Below are positions 51,728-64,000 of a DNA stretch of 64,000 nt, piece by piece. Under the pieces are notes generated by a model. The model was not told the origin of the DNA and ran no database searches. It saw only the letters and a program-made list of their open reading frames with translations. The stretch's first letter is position 1; each line of letters starts with the position of its first letter. The stretch is from Lytechinus pictus (taxonomy: Eukaryota): positions 2,420,001 to 2,484,000 of the forward strand of contig NC_087251.1 of assembly GCF_037042905.1 (NCBI RefSeq), given 5' to 3'. Made by a program: the position numbers and the translations under genes.

Positions 51728-54700
51728 GGTGATGCTCCTTCCTCAACACTCTATATAACCATCAAAGCTATTCCAGTCTGCCTTCCTTGTTCATTCTCCC
51801 AAAATTTCCACATTGCAGAATTTCCTGGTACCATCCATTTATCAAATTGATCCAGGTTTAAAATGGATAATCCTATAAAATGTGAAAAATTAATATTTGA
51901 AGACAGAATTCCAAATTGCCGGTGATCCTAGGATATCAATGCATGTGAAATATATCATGGATATAAAGTTGATATTAATCCAGATTGAGTTAGAACTCCC
52001 AAAGATATCCAAAGACAAAATGGATTAGCCTACTGCTATGGCACGACGGATGAGGTGCTTTGGATTATGATCCATACTGTGCTCATTGGTAATGTACTCT
52101 TGAAACACACAGGCAAACCACTCACATCACATTAGGATGTATCCCTAAAGCAACTGGCTGCTGCTTCACTTTGCCAGTTAGCTTATTATCATTGCTGCCA
52201 TTAATCCAAGTATGAACTGTAAAACGTACGTAGCGCAACCTTTTTCAATCCCATCTCCTTTTGGCTAAACAGTCCTGGTAAATGCCTCCATAGTACTGAC
52301 AACCTAATCTGCTCAAGGGATATATCTCTCACAAAAAATCAGCAAAATCAAGTTGACTTAAAACAATCCAGGTAGCTTATTTTGGGTTAGAGGTAAAAAA
52401 AAAGGAGAGGGCAGTCACAGACCAGGCTATATGTATGGAGATAACGCGTGAGAGTGTGTGGGTGTGTGTGTGCCGGTATGGCTAGCCTATACAACGCCAC
52501 TACAAGCCTTGTGCAGTAACCCATACATTGCATTCTCCATTATGACAGTGCTCTGTGCCTATGTGTAAAAAAAGGAGACAGCGGTACATCCATCCCGTAG
52601 TGGTGCAAGCTTTCTATCACTGCACCCTCCCTCATCTATACACACTCTCCTTGTAGATCATACCATTCCCTTACACACACATACATACACACCCTCACTT
52701 TCTCTTACAGGGAGAGGACTTGCTTCATTACAATGTGGGAATGCTTTCAAGCCTCTTCCAAAGTCACACTTAGAGGGGAGGTCAGCTTATTGAACGGAGC
52801 AGTTTCCAGCTGAGTTTTAATATTGCATTTTGCTAGTGGCGCAAACATCTCATATCGGGTGGGGTTGTGCTGTGGGAAAGCCTATCCTCAATTATTACAG
52901 CACTGATGACAATCATATCAATCTCATTAATTCTTCTCCCTCTCTTTTATCATCAATCATTTTCAAACCAGAAACCAACCTTTTCTGAAAGAATGACCAT
53001 ATGTATAATTGCATAGGCCTCTATCTCATTTAATTTCACTTGAGTATATATTGTGTAAAATGTCAGTAAGTGGCTTTCATAAACTTTCATTGATCTTCAG
53101 TCTTAACATTATTCATCATTGTATTGATCATATAATCTAAGTCTCTTTATAGGACCAATGTCTGTCAGTTTTTATTGTGAATTCACACCATCCTTCTTTC
53201 AAAAGCATGAATAGCATTGTGTTTGAAGGTGCAATATGGGTAAGATGCTGATTAAGACTATTATAGAGACATGTTAATCTGGATCAAGAAGAACTAAAAA
53301 TGCTTCGAGAAGATTACAAGAACTTTGTACTTTTTAATTTGTTCTTGGAAAGACTTATAGGTGGGGCTATTTGTAATCATGTAGTAATGTACAAAACACA
53401 AAGCAAGATTTTCATTTGAATTGAAAGTTTCATTTGTCATTTTTTCATATTATTTCACAGACTTCTTTACATGATATGAATTCAAAGTAAATCTAGTACC
53501 AGCAATTATGTTTTCCAGGTTTTATGTTCCACGTTTGACCTTATTTTAATAATAAAGAGGAAAGAGATATAGCTACAGCCTTCCTGCTAATTTGATACTT
53601 GCTGGTATTTTTGTCTTACCAAGTTATATATTAGTGAAATATAAGTATTTAATTTTGAAATTAATTTCTGTTACATCATGAAATCCAATATTTCATCAAC
53701 TAATGACAAGTGCTGTGGATTGATAAAAAAGACAATGCACATTCATAAGTTGAAGCAAAATGGAGCACTGTCTGGAAAAAAGGTTACAACATTTCCGCTT
53801 ATGCATGATTATTCAAGTGCCTTTCTAAATCCTTATGTAGATATTTTTTTTCACATTTAGGAAGTTGTTGTATGATCAAATTTTGCTTTTACTTTTCCCA
53901 TCGCTATTGCTTTAATTATTTCTTTTTTTTTTAATGCGTATTGATTGTGTCTGTTATCTATCTCATAAGTCTGGATTAGCCCCCTTTTTGAAACCTACCT
54001 TCTGTGAATTCTTTTCTTATGAGTTTGACAATCAATAAGATTATCCTCAACCATTATAACAAGCTTGATGTGCAATCAATCCTCTTCTTTTTTTATTGAT
54101 TACAGGTATTTTGAAATAGGATGCTTCAACTTGTATTCTTCTAAAAGAGACAAAAATAACCCTGATGGAATTATCTTTCTCCCCTCATTCAGAGAATATA
54201 CACAATAGTTTTATTTGGTGTTCAAGGTATTGATTTTTATTCCAGAGCATTTATTCATGTGTTTTAGATTAAGAACTTATTAAAAAAATACGTAACCTTT
54301 TTTAAGGATCATTTTTTCATTCTGAATGACTAGTGTAAAGGGGTCATGATTATATTGGATGGCTAATAATAACAGACCAGAAATATTCCAAAGGTTTAGC
54401 CAAAAGTGCACATCATAATGACTGAAATATTTGTTATATTTGAAAGCTCAAAATGGGATATGAAAAATATTTCTTGAGTTTGCGCAAATATTGCACAAAT
54501 AAAGACAACTGCAATATTGGCTGTAGCAAGTGGAAAATTTTGTGTTCCATGAAATAAAATCATCCTGTGTAAATATCATCTGTACCCAAAGATCAGTGAA
54601 AATCGTGCATACTCAGTTAATAGTCACCCTCTTCATATAATAATTTAGATTATATTCCATAGAGGTACTGTCATCTACTATGACTCCTTTAGGACACACT

Positions 54701-56499
54701 TTTACAGTTTATCTTCTTCTTGAAAGCTTTCAATTGTATAATGGACATGTTTGGAAAGAGAAAAAATGTAGCAAATACCATTTCTAGTGCAGAGTGTGGT
54801 TCTTCAAGAAAAGCAATTAACTTAATAAGTATTACACATACACATCCTCTGCTTGAAAACAAATTTACCAGAGTGTATACATGTCAAAATTTCCCCATAT
54901 ATTTTGGCTCATGTTATATTTTATTATTTTTAAGAAATCATTCAGGAAAAGAATGTGAATTCAACTTAAAATACTTATTGGAAAAAGAAATATGTAAAAG
55001 AATCCAAGAAGATATGAATAGTGAGAAGCAGTATCACAACCTACCAAAACTTATATGCATGTGTTTCCAGATTTTCTCTTATTTAATGTCTCATTTATCA
55101 TTTGGATATGTCAGATATTATGATTTTGAATGTTGAAACATGTATACATAAAATATCGCTACAGGTTTATAATTTTTAAAAAAGTATGAAAATGAATAGA
55201 AAATTAATGATTGGTGCAAAATTTTAGGAGCAATATTAATAGTATAAGGTATGTACATCTAAGTCAGTGTAATACCATTGCTAGACTATAGAGGTCATCA
55301 TCATGTGCACTTTACTTGAACTCTATCTCATGGTGAGATCAGCTGGAAAACTCATGAATAAGATATATTGCTAATTTAAAAACCTTTGATTCATTCCCCT
55401 TCATCTATTTTGCCAGTTATCTCCATGGAATAATACCCAACTATTTATTGAGATATCCTTGAATCATGATGTTTTCTTTTTCTAACAAAACAAATTTGTT
55501 AAAGGTGATATTTGATAGTGCTGTAATTGTTTTTTTTTTAGAGGGGGTATTGCCATATAAAAACACTGGTCAATATTTCAATGAAAACAACATTTTCTTG
55601 TGGAAATATCTTCAAAAGGAATATTATGCTATTTGTGTTTGATTCCAGCATTTACTCTAATCTGACAGTTGTCATATACTTTGATTGAATTTCATATTTC
55701 AAGGGTGGGGTGTGGAGAACTGAACAGCACTGTTTAGTCCTTCATTGACTGTGTTATACAAAGTAAGTCTATCTTTTGAGATGAATACTGTATAAATAAT
55801 ACAGATAGTAAATAAGCCTATAATATTATCTGTATAATAGAGAAACTTAAATGTTTGAAAAGAAAAGTACATCTTTAGCTACTTAGTAACAACTATTACA
55901 GTATTGAGTAGTGATTTAGTATTATTGTTCAAGTACATACACCCATGGAATTCAGTGAAAATTTGTTCGCTTGCCAAACATCGTAAAATTTACTATGGTT
56001 CTACCGAATCTTCAGAAATATAAATATTACCATGACGAATTTTGTATAAAATGAAAGAACATATTAAGCCTTTTCACATGAATGGGATGCTGTTGGGATT
56101 AAAGTATATTTTAGGTGGAATTTTCTTTGAAGAAAAAAAACAATAGTGCCAAATATATTCTATTGTTTGTTATTATATTTTCAAACATCATTTCATAGAA
56201 ATTTTATATAAATATCAAATCAATGGTTTATATTACATTTTTCTTTCATGATATGTCACCACTGAACTAATAGTGTAATCTGCAATGTTTGTGTTGAGAA
56301 CTAACTAGCACAAATATGAAATGTTTTGTCAAGTTTTTATTTTTAATTTGTCTAAAATATAAAGATTTTGGGGTAAAAACAGAAAAGCTCCTGATGACAA
56401 AGCAATGTGATGAAGGGGCATGACATACTCAGTTTTTTTTACATCAAATTCATCATGATAAAACAAATATTTTATAAGATACAGTAAATTGTATGATGT

Positions 56500-56560
56500 T
56501 TGGGAAGTGTCAACTTTTCTTTGAATTTCCTGGGTGTATGTAAACTTCTGGCCTCAACTG
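56500..56560 (-). mobile_element. Solo terminal repeat of a Tc1-family transposon
   Basis: The reverse complement reads TA|CAGTTGAGGCCAGAAGTTTACATACACC, a typical Tc1 outer end. No partner end was seen and the inner boundary is approximate. Confidence 0.65.
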
Positions 56561-56897
56561 TATATATATTTCAATAATACTCAGCTCAAAATGTTGTATT
56601 ATGGGTAAAAAAAAAATGGCCAGATTTTAATAGTTGAGCACTGAGGTGGTGTTATTGATAGCTGCTGGATCGTATTTGCTTTAAGGTGTGAATCACTTTT
56701 CATTACATATATTTTGCTTCTCAGGGGTGGCATTATAATGATTATATTTGATTTTGGATTTGAGTGGTAATCATGACTGGTCGGATATTTTTTTAGGGAG
56801 CTAATTCATAAAGAGTTCCACATCAGTATATTATACACTGCTGATGACCTTTTTTTGTGCAAAAATGAGAAGGGTATTATGTTTTGTCCCAGCTTAA

Positions 56898-57494
56898 AGG
56901 ACAATTCCACCCCAACAAAAAATTGATTTGAATAAAAAGAGAAAAATCCAACAAGAACAGCACTGAAAATTTCATCAAAATCGGATGTAAAATAAGAAAG
57001 TTATACATTTTAAAGTTTCGCTTAATTTCACAAAATAGTTATATGCACATCCTGGTTGGTATGCAAATGAGGAGAGTGATGACGTCATCCACTCACTATT
57101 TCTTTTGTATTTTATTATATGAAAAATTAAATATTCTAATTATCTCCTCATTGTCAAGTTAAACAGTAATTAATTCCTCCCTGAACATGTGGAATTAGCA
57201 TTGTTTAACAATATATGATTCAGTAAAGTCGGTCCCTATGGTCAAATCTGTAAAAATGAAATATTGTATAATTCAAACAATAAAAAACAAAAGAAATAGT
57301 GAGTGATGGACATCATCGACTGACTCATTTGCATGTCACTGAGTTGTGCATATCACTGTTTTGTGAAAAATAAGCGAAAAAAATGCCATAACTTTCTTAT
57401 TTTACATCCGATTTTGATGAAATTTTCAGTGTTATGCTAGTTTGATTTTTCTCTATTTATTCAAATCAACATTTTGCTGGGGTGGACTTGACCT
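56898..57494. mobile_element. TTAA-flanked foldback MITE (Kolobok-like)
   Basis: TTAA|AGGACAATTCCACCCC ... GGGGTGGACTTGACCT|TTAA. The inverted arms of about 240 bp include the exact pair CACTGAAAATTTCATCAAAATCGGATGTAAAATAAGAAAGTTAT and its reverse complement. Confidence 0.93.
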
Positions 57495-58712
57495 TTAAAC
57501 ATAATGGTGGTGTATTCCCTATGATCAATTATCAATTTTGGAAAAATATTGAATTTTTGTATTAGATGGTTGTTAAAAATATAAATCTGGGTTTTTTTTC
57601 CATGTATTATGGAAATTGTATATCAACTGTAGCTCATGGGAATACAAATAATTGAGAATCATAGTTAGCTCCCCAGAAAGAGCATAAAGTAGTGTGTTAA
57701 TGAATGAAAACAGATTTATGAAATACTGCATCTATCTAAGATGTGAAATGAGTGACTGGTATTGTGTTAACAAACAAATGAAACATGCTGAAATAAACTC
57801 TACAATAGTTAACTAGCATTTATTTCAGAATTCTTTTCTGCAGATTTAAAACAGGGATAATAGTTTGCTTTATATCCAATGAGGAAGATGGCATCGTCAT
57901 ACACAGGGATGTGTCCATTTCACTACCGACTCAGAAAAGGAAGATCATTATTTTCTTTCCTAACTGATTCTCTGTGCTTGTAGATTAATTGGGTTAGCCT
58001 AGTAGGAGCCCTCTTCTGACCTATTGTTTTGTTTACACCTGTCTCCTCATTAACCTCAATATAATCCTAGTAATATCATCATACACAGAAGGGGGCATTT
58101 GGTATTTTAAGAGAGTAGACAGGAACTTCTTCGAATGGACATGATATAAACTGACCCCTCAATGAACAACAGAATCATTGAAGTTTGGATAGAATGATGT
58201 ATCTGTCATTTAAATACAAAATAAAATTTGTAAACTACAAATTATATTTTGCATGCATAACTTCATATTTATTTGTGCAATCTTTTTGAAAGTGTCCTTT
58301 AAAAGCAGCAGTTTATGCAGTGTTTATGTTTCCTTTAAGAAAGCAGAACGAGCATGCCACGCTCATCGTAAATACAGATCTATGGAGTACCATTTGTTTT
58401 TTAAGGCATATTAAGTTGATCCGGAAGGAAAGATCAAGCTAGGGGCATGCTTTTATGATTGTTGTCTTGTTACTTTGCGATCTCAATCAAGTGCAAAAAA
58501 ATGATTTCTATGACAATGATGATGCTGTTTCTACATTATACTGCCCAGAAGCTATCATCTTAGAGAAACGCAGATCATTAACACACCTCTTTGCTAGCTT
58601 ACGATGAGCATTTAAATGGAAATGAGTTAGGACATATCCATGGTCTGAATTAAACATGTAAGACAAGCCTGACCTGGGCCTGAATATGGAAAGCTTAAAC
58701 GCACCCAGTGTT

Positions 58713-59839
58713 TGACCTCGTTCTCATCTACATCTAACTTGTTTTGTGGAAACCAGTTTAATATGTAATGGGGATGCTCGAAGCGGTCTTAGAAGCTATC
58801 TTAAGTGGTCTTCCAAACCAGTTCGGATAACCACCTTGCGATGTGGTTTTCAAGATCGCTTTGCCATGTTAAACTGGTTTAAGCATAGGGGAGGATACAT
58901 CCATGCTTTGGGAAGCGATCTTCTTTCGGAAGTACAAGAGTGTGTGCATGTTAGGCGCGCTACTCACAACACACAGTGGGTGATTTCAAGTACGGTGTTG
59001 AAATCTGGTGTTGGAGTTGTCACAACACCAACACCAGCCACAACACCGTACTTGAAATCAGGCTGGTGTTGGGATTGACCTCGGAAAATATGACGTATTT
59101 CTGGCAGTTTGTGTTGAATGTCGTCTGCTGAACCCAGCACTGCGGCTGGTGTTGACGATCTACGTGCAATTTCCCCATTCACCAACACCAACCCCCAGGG
59201 ATTGGGAAAATCATGATTTCAAGTTCGGTGTTGGTGTTAGTGTTTGCAATCTCAAGCTGGTGAACAGGCGGCGAACACGATGAAATATCCCCGTAAAATT
59301 AGCTTTTACAGTTAAGATGAGTACAAATCATTTGAGCTGTATATATTTTGATGAAGAATAATGTTCACTCTTTCGAATTCTTGAATTAATTAAAACGTTG
59401 GTTTTCTGTACGATGAGAATATAATGCATTTCTCTCCGATTTCATTTTCGTCGTCGAGACTTCTCGCGTGAAGTTGAGATGATTTAGCAGCGCAGCGCAG
59501 AGGCGTGACGTCATGTGCTATCGATAACGCAATCGGTATCATTCCTCTGAACCCAGCTCGGTGTTGGAGCTCGGTTCAGCGGCCTTTTTACGCTCTCAAC
59601 ACCAACACCAACACCGAACACCGAACTTTAAAACACCCAGTGTGTAGAATGCCTACGCTGCAGTTTCAAATTTTGCACAAAATATGTGACTCCACGAAGA
59701 GTGTTCCCATAGCAACAAGACACTTTACATGAAATGGTTCTAGAAACCAGTTCAGGAGATGGTGATGAGGATGCTAGCGAAGCGATCTTCTAAAATGGTT
59801 TCCTAAACCAGTGTCAGAAAGTAGATAAGAAGAGGGTCT
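58713..59839. mobile_element. Older MITE (PIF/Harbinger-like), host of a nested insertion
   Basis: Diverged ~45-bp TIRs (GACCTCGTTCTCATCTAC...GGAAACCA / TGGTTTCC...GTAGATAAGAAGAGGGTC). AAACCAGT and AAGCGATCTTC motifs are repeated on both sides of the insert. Confidence 0.7.
58978..59638. mobile_element. Nested MITE with GGGTG...CACCC termini and a 3-bp TSD (AGT)
   Basis: AGT|GGGTGATTTCAAGTACGGTGTT ... AACACCGAACTTTAAAACACCC|AGT, with many (A)ACACCA subterminal motifs. Confidence 0.85.
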
Positions 59840-61513
59840 TATATTCTCTGATTGTTGGAGTATGACATAGACATGCTTAATTGATCATACCTTCTCATCT
59901 GACATGGATAAACAATATCTCTTAAATCTATTCTCTTCCTTTCCATTTCATGTTCATTTATCTTTTTTTAATATTAGTTGCATCCCTGATTATATTCATA
60001 CGATTGTTTGATAGCAAAATTCTGCGAAGCATGTATATATAAAAAGATAGGGTAATTAGTATGGATTAGTGTTATTGAGGTTCATAATAAAGCATTTTAT
60101 ATTAAACCAAGGTGGTTTGTCATACAAACGAGTGCAGTTATATGCATTGAGAACTCATTTGTGCTGTATTCATAATATAAAGAACACATTCTTTCTATTA
60201 ACAATAAGGATAATATAAAGCATTTATATAAGCAAAGGGTTATTTTAAGGCAAGTAAGGTATTGTAAACCGAAGGGCTGAAAAATTATAAAAACAACTAT
60301 CTCTAATTATGGGATAAAGAAGGCCTAATGGTCTTTTTGTTACATAGACCCAACCCTGTGCCTCTTTTCCATTATTCCTCCCCCTGAAATTCATGCACTC
60401 GATAATCTTGGCCTCCTTTTACTTCCCCTTTGCCTTTCAACACTGTTCTTTTTCCCCTCTCTATATCTAATGAATTCCAATAGCTGAACCTGTTCATTAT
60501 CATAAGGAGACACGTTAATTGAACACACATTGAAAACTCATTTACTTCAATCTTGCGTCACTACTGTTCCAGGCTCCCTGCTCTCTACCTTCTCTCGCTT
60601 CAATGTCTTTCATCCAACCTTGACCGAAATTGTAACTTTGGATGGTTCTCTTTCGTCATTTCTCTCCTTCCATCGATCGTTTTCTAATTTTCTGCATCTG
60701 TTTTTGTAGGATTTGAATAGCTCTAACAATGCTCACTACAAACTTGATGAATGTTTCATTTGATTTATTGCTTGCATCATTTGTCTTGATCAGATTGAAA
60801 TAACAGTTTTTCCTCAAGTACTCAAGGATTTCACTTTAAATGAAATTAAGTGTGCGATTTAAAAACAACATAATAACCATTGATTTGAAATCTTCCTTTT
60901 TTTCATTCAAGGCTTGCTTTACAGAAGTTATTAATTGGTTTTCACGCATGGGGTATTTTTCATTGCTTTTCTCCATCCTTTGTTTTTGTCATTGCGTGTT
61001 AATGATGAACGTATTGAAATATTTAGCAAAAATCTTTTTTTTTATTGTATTTATATTTGAAAGCTTACCGAATCTACTATGAGGTTCATAAGAATTTTTG
61101 ATTTAATGTTGTCAAACTTATATTTAAATTCTGCCTCTTAAAAAATGATCAAATGACAGCACTTTTTACTATAAATGTTGAAACATCTAGACAGTAAAAT
61201 GTAGGATTATTTTACATTTGGTATGCCTTGCAAAACAATGTCTGCTTTTAAAATCCCACCTCTTCAAGTAAAAGCATTCTGGAGATAAGAGCCAAAAGGT
61301 ATCTAGTTCATCAAAGATAGATTTGATACACTACTTGCATGTTTACAAACTTAGAAACATGCGCAATTATAGATAATATTAACCCCTCAGATAGAAAATG
61401 GTGAAATAAGTTGCATCATTTATTTTAATTATTGGCATTAATTTCTGATTACATTATTTCTAAATTTATGTCACAAAATTGACATGAAATAATCTTTTCT
61501 ACGTATGATAATA

Positions 61514-62173
61514 TGTGACCCAGCACACACACAAAAAAAGTTGCACTGTGTGATTTTCAATTGGAGCCAATTAAGAGTATTTTGGTCAGAATGTTCAAAT
61601 TTCAGATGTTTGGTGTTTTCTGAAAGAGTATACTCTCCCCTATTTATTGTAAAAATTTGGATGTACCAATCAAACCTAAAGTGTAGTTTTTGAGTGTTTT
61701 TATTAGACCTGTTTTTGTCTTTTTGAGTTAATTTTAATCATGTTTTGTTTTCACGAAACCCTGAATATTCATCTCTCTTTGAACTCCTATAAATTTAAAA
61801 CACACTAACTTCTGACATTGATACTTGTTCAAACTAATGGACAGGATATACCTAATTAGTGTGTGAACTTTGGGGGCAAGCTGATAATTCCTTCTATCAA
61901 CTTTGTATTGATTTTAATCTTCCTTTTGTCTACAATACACAATAGTGGAAGAGTCAGTGCTCTTCAATAGATGAGTAATTTTTAATCCCCCTTTTCTCAA
62001 AAGGAGTGTTCCATGGTAGTGAACATTCTCCTCTTGTGTGGGTTAGGATCAATCATTGTGCATGCATGAGTTGTATATCTTTATATAGCTTAGAATCTCC
62101 TCTTTCAGAAGGGCTACTTAACTAAAATTTCATTTCTAGCGACTTTTTGAGGGTTTTGTGACGCCTTGTCACA
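61514..62173. mobile_element. TA-flanked MITE with TGTGAC...GTCACA termini
   Basis: ATA|TGTGACCCAGCAC...AAAAAGTTGC at the left end and GCGACTTTTT...GACGCCTTGTCACA|TAT at the right end; the inverted arms are diverged. Confidence 0.65.
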
Positions 62174-63289
62174 TATTTTAGAATTCTGTAATTCAATTGA
62201 ATTTTTTTCAAGATCATAAATTTGCTTCATTTGTTGTACATTCATTGACAAAAATATGTTTTTCTTTTTTCATTTAAAACCCATCTCAATGTTCACAATG
62301 CATGCATGACTGAGTTCAAACAATGGAAACTGGTTCTACAGAATTTCCATTTGCACAAGCAAATGACAGGTTTTAGTGAGTTTATCTGACTTCTACTGAT
62401 ATCTAACATGTGTAGGAAACAAAGTGCCTAAATATCCATCTTTTCTTCTTTCATACATTCTTTCATACAATTTTCCCAACAAAGCAGACAATGGGTTAAT
62501 TTTTTATTCTGGGATGCACTGTATATAATAAAGTGATTGCTCATGTAAATCTTTATTATTATGGAATCCTTCAAGAACTTAAGTTTGAACATTTGAAAAG
62601 TAATATATATTAATCTCATTTTGGACTTCTGTTAGACAAAATGAACAAGATGCTTATAGCATTTGAATTTCAATGTTTAATCCTGTCATTGAATATGAAA
62701 AAAGTCTGTAAACTAAGCAACAACTCAGTGTTTTTGCATTTACTATTTTGAATGTCATGCCTGTGTATTCATTTATACATAGAAAGGAAGTCCTCCCCTG
62801 TGTATGTTGACTGTTAGACAGCATCCTAAATAAACGTCACAATTCAGAGCCAAATGCAGTCCTTATCCTAAGACAACCATTAGCAAAGTACAGTCACCTG
62901 ATGTGAGAGGAAGATAACATCCTTATTGTTCCATGCAAACCTACCTTGTTAACCAGGGTAGTTTTTTTTTCTTCAAAATGTGCCTTTTGGCAACATATTC
63001 TTGCCTCTTGTGCATGGATGAAGATTGGGAGGGGGGGGGGCTGACACACCTAAGCTGATAGGATATGAAGAAGATCAAGATATTTTTTATTAAGATACTG
63101 TGACATTGTGATGTTGGGTGGATTGAATTGCATTGCAATGTTTGCTCAAGACGGGATAGAGAGTGCTGACGCTATGATGGTGTGGTGTTTTGTGGCGTTA
63201 ATGCTATGCTAGGTGACGTCTGTAGCACTCCTTACACATCAATCATGAGGGCAGATATGATGGGGGATTGAAGAGCAGACAAGGTATGT

Positions 63290-64000
63290 GGGAAGAGACA
63301 ATAATAGAATGAAGGGCAGACTAGCTATGAGAGAAGATATGATGATAGAATGAAGAGTATAGAAGACATGAGAGGAGTATAATGATAGAGTGAAGAGCAT
63401 AGAAGACAGGAGAGATAATGATAGAGTGAAGAGCACAGAAGACATGAGAGGAGAGATAATGAAAGAATGAAGAACATACAAGACATGATAGGAGATATAA
63501 TGATAGAGTGAAGAGCAGACATGAGAGGAGAGATAATGATAGAGTGAAGAGCAGACATGAGAGGAGAGATAATGAAAGAATGAAGAACATAGAAGACATG
63601 AGAGGAGATATAATGATAGATCAAAGAGCACAGAAGACATGAGAGGAGAGATAATGATAGAATGAAGAGCATAGAAGACATGAGAGGAGAGATAATGATA
63701 GATCAAAGAGCATAGAAGACATGAGAGGAGAGATAATGATAGAGTGAAGAGCAGACATGAGAGGAGAGATAATGATAGAATGAAGAGCACAGAAGACATG
63801 AGAGGAGATATAATGATAGATCAAAGAGCATAGAAGACATGAGAGGAGAGATAATGATAGAGTGAAGAGCAGACATGAGAGGAGAGATAATGATAGAGTG
63901 AAGAGCAGACATGAGAGGAGAGATAATGAAAGAATGAAGAACATAGAAGACATGAGAGGAGATATAATGATAGATCAAAGAGCACAGAAGACATGAGAGG
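63290..64000. repeat. Purine-rich minisatellite of 36- and 41-bp units, running off the window end
   Basis: The unit AGACATGAGAGGAGAGATAATGATAGAGTGAAGAGC (36 bp), with or without an extra ATAGA/ACAGA (41 bp), repeats to position 64000. Confidence 0.96.

Noticed and set aside
50910..51758. Plus-strand ORFs overlapping the EF-hand gene
   Set aside because: They are antisense shadows of a GC-richer coding sequence and have no recognisable motifs.
52695..52790. Plus-strand acceptor TTTCTCTTACAG as a host-gene coding exon
   Set aside because: No recognisable peptide, a stop in the most plausible frame and no strong donor site.
63239..63978. Several overlapping minus-strand ORFs (91-186 aa)
   Set aside because: They are by-products of the 36/41-bp tandem repeat and are open in multiple frames.

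Overview
AT-rich, gene-poor animal genomic DNA. The repeat content (tRNA-head and Deu/Nin-type SINEs, TTAA- and TA-flanked foldback MITEs, CCCGGGG-ended MITEs) suggests a marine invertebrate, probably a sea urchin; this is inference. Only one convincing protein-coding region is visible: an uninterrupted 334-aa minus-strand ORF (50723-51727) encoding an EF-hand protein resembling the AIF1/EFHD (swiprosin) group, with a long Ser/Pro/Arg-rich tail. The rest is intergenic or intronic DNA with many non-autonomous transposons, several of them nested, two young purine/pyrimidine-skewed minisatellites and a near-perfect 141-bp palindrome. The most unusual object is a tandemly repeated, 5'-inverted insertion (10765-11435) whose intact unit carries a complete 72-nt tRNA cloverleaf with a UUA (ochre-reading) anticodon followed by a Pol III terminator. 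No prokaryotic systems, CRISPR arrays or autonomous transposons were found, and I cannot claim a demonstrably new biological system from the sequence alone. All family assignments come from visual inspection and recalled consensus features, not from database searches.
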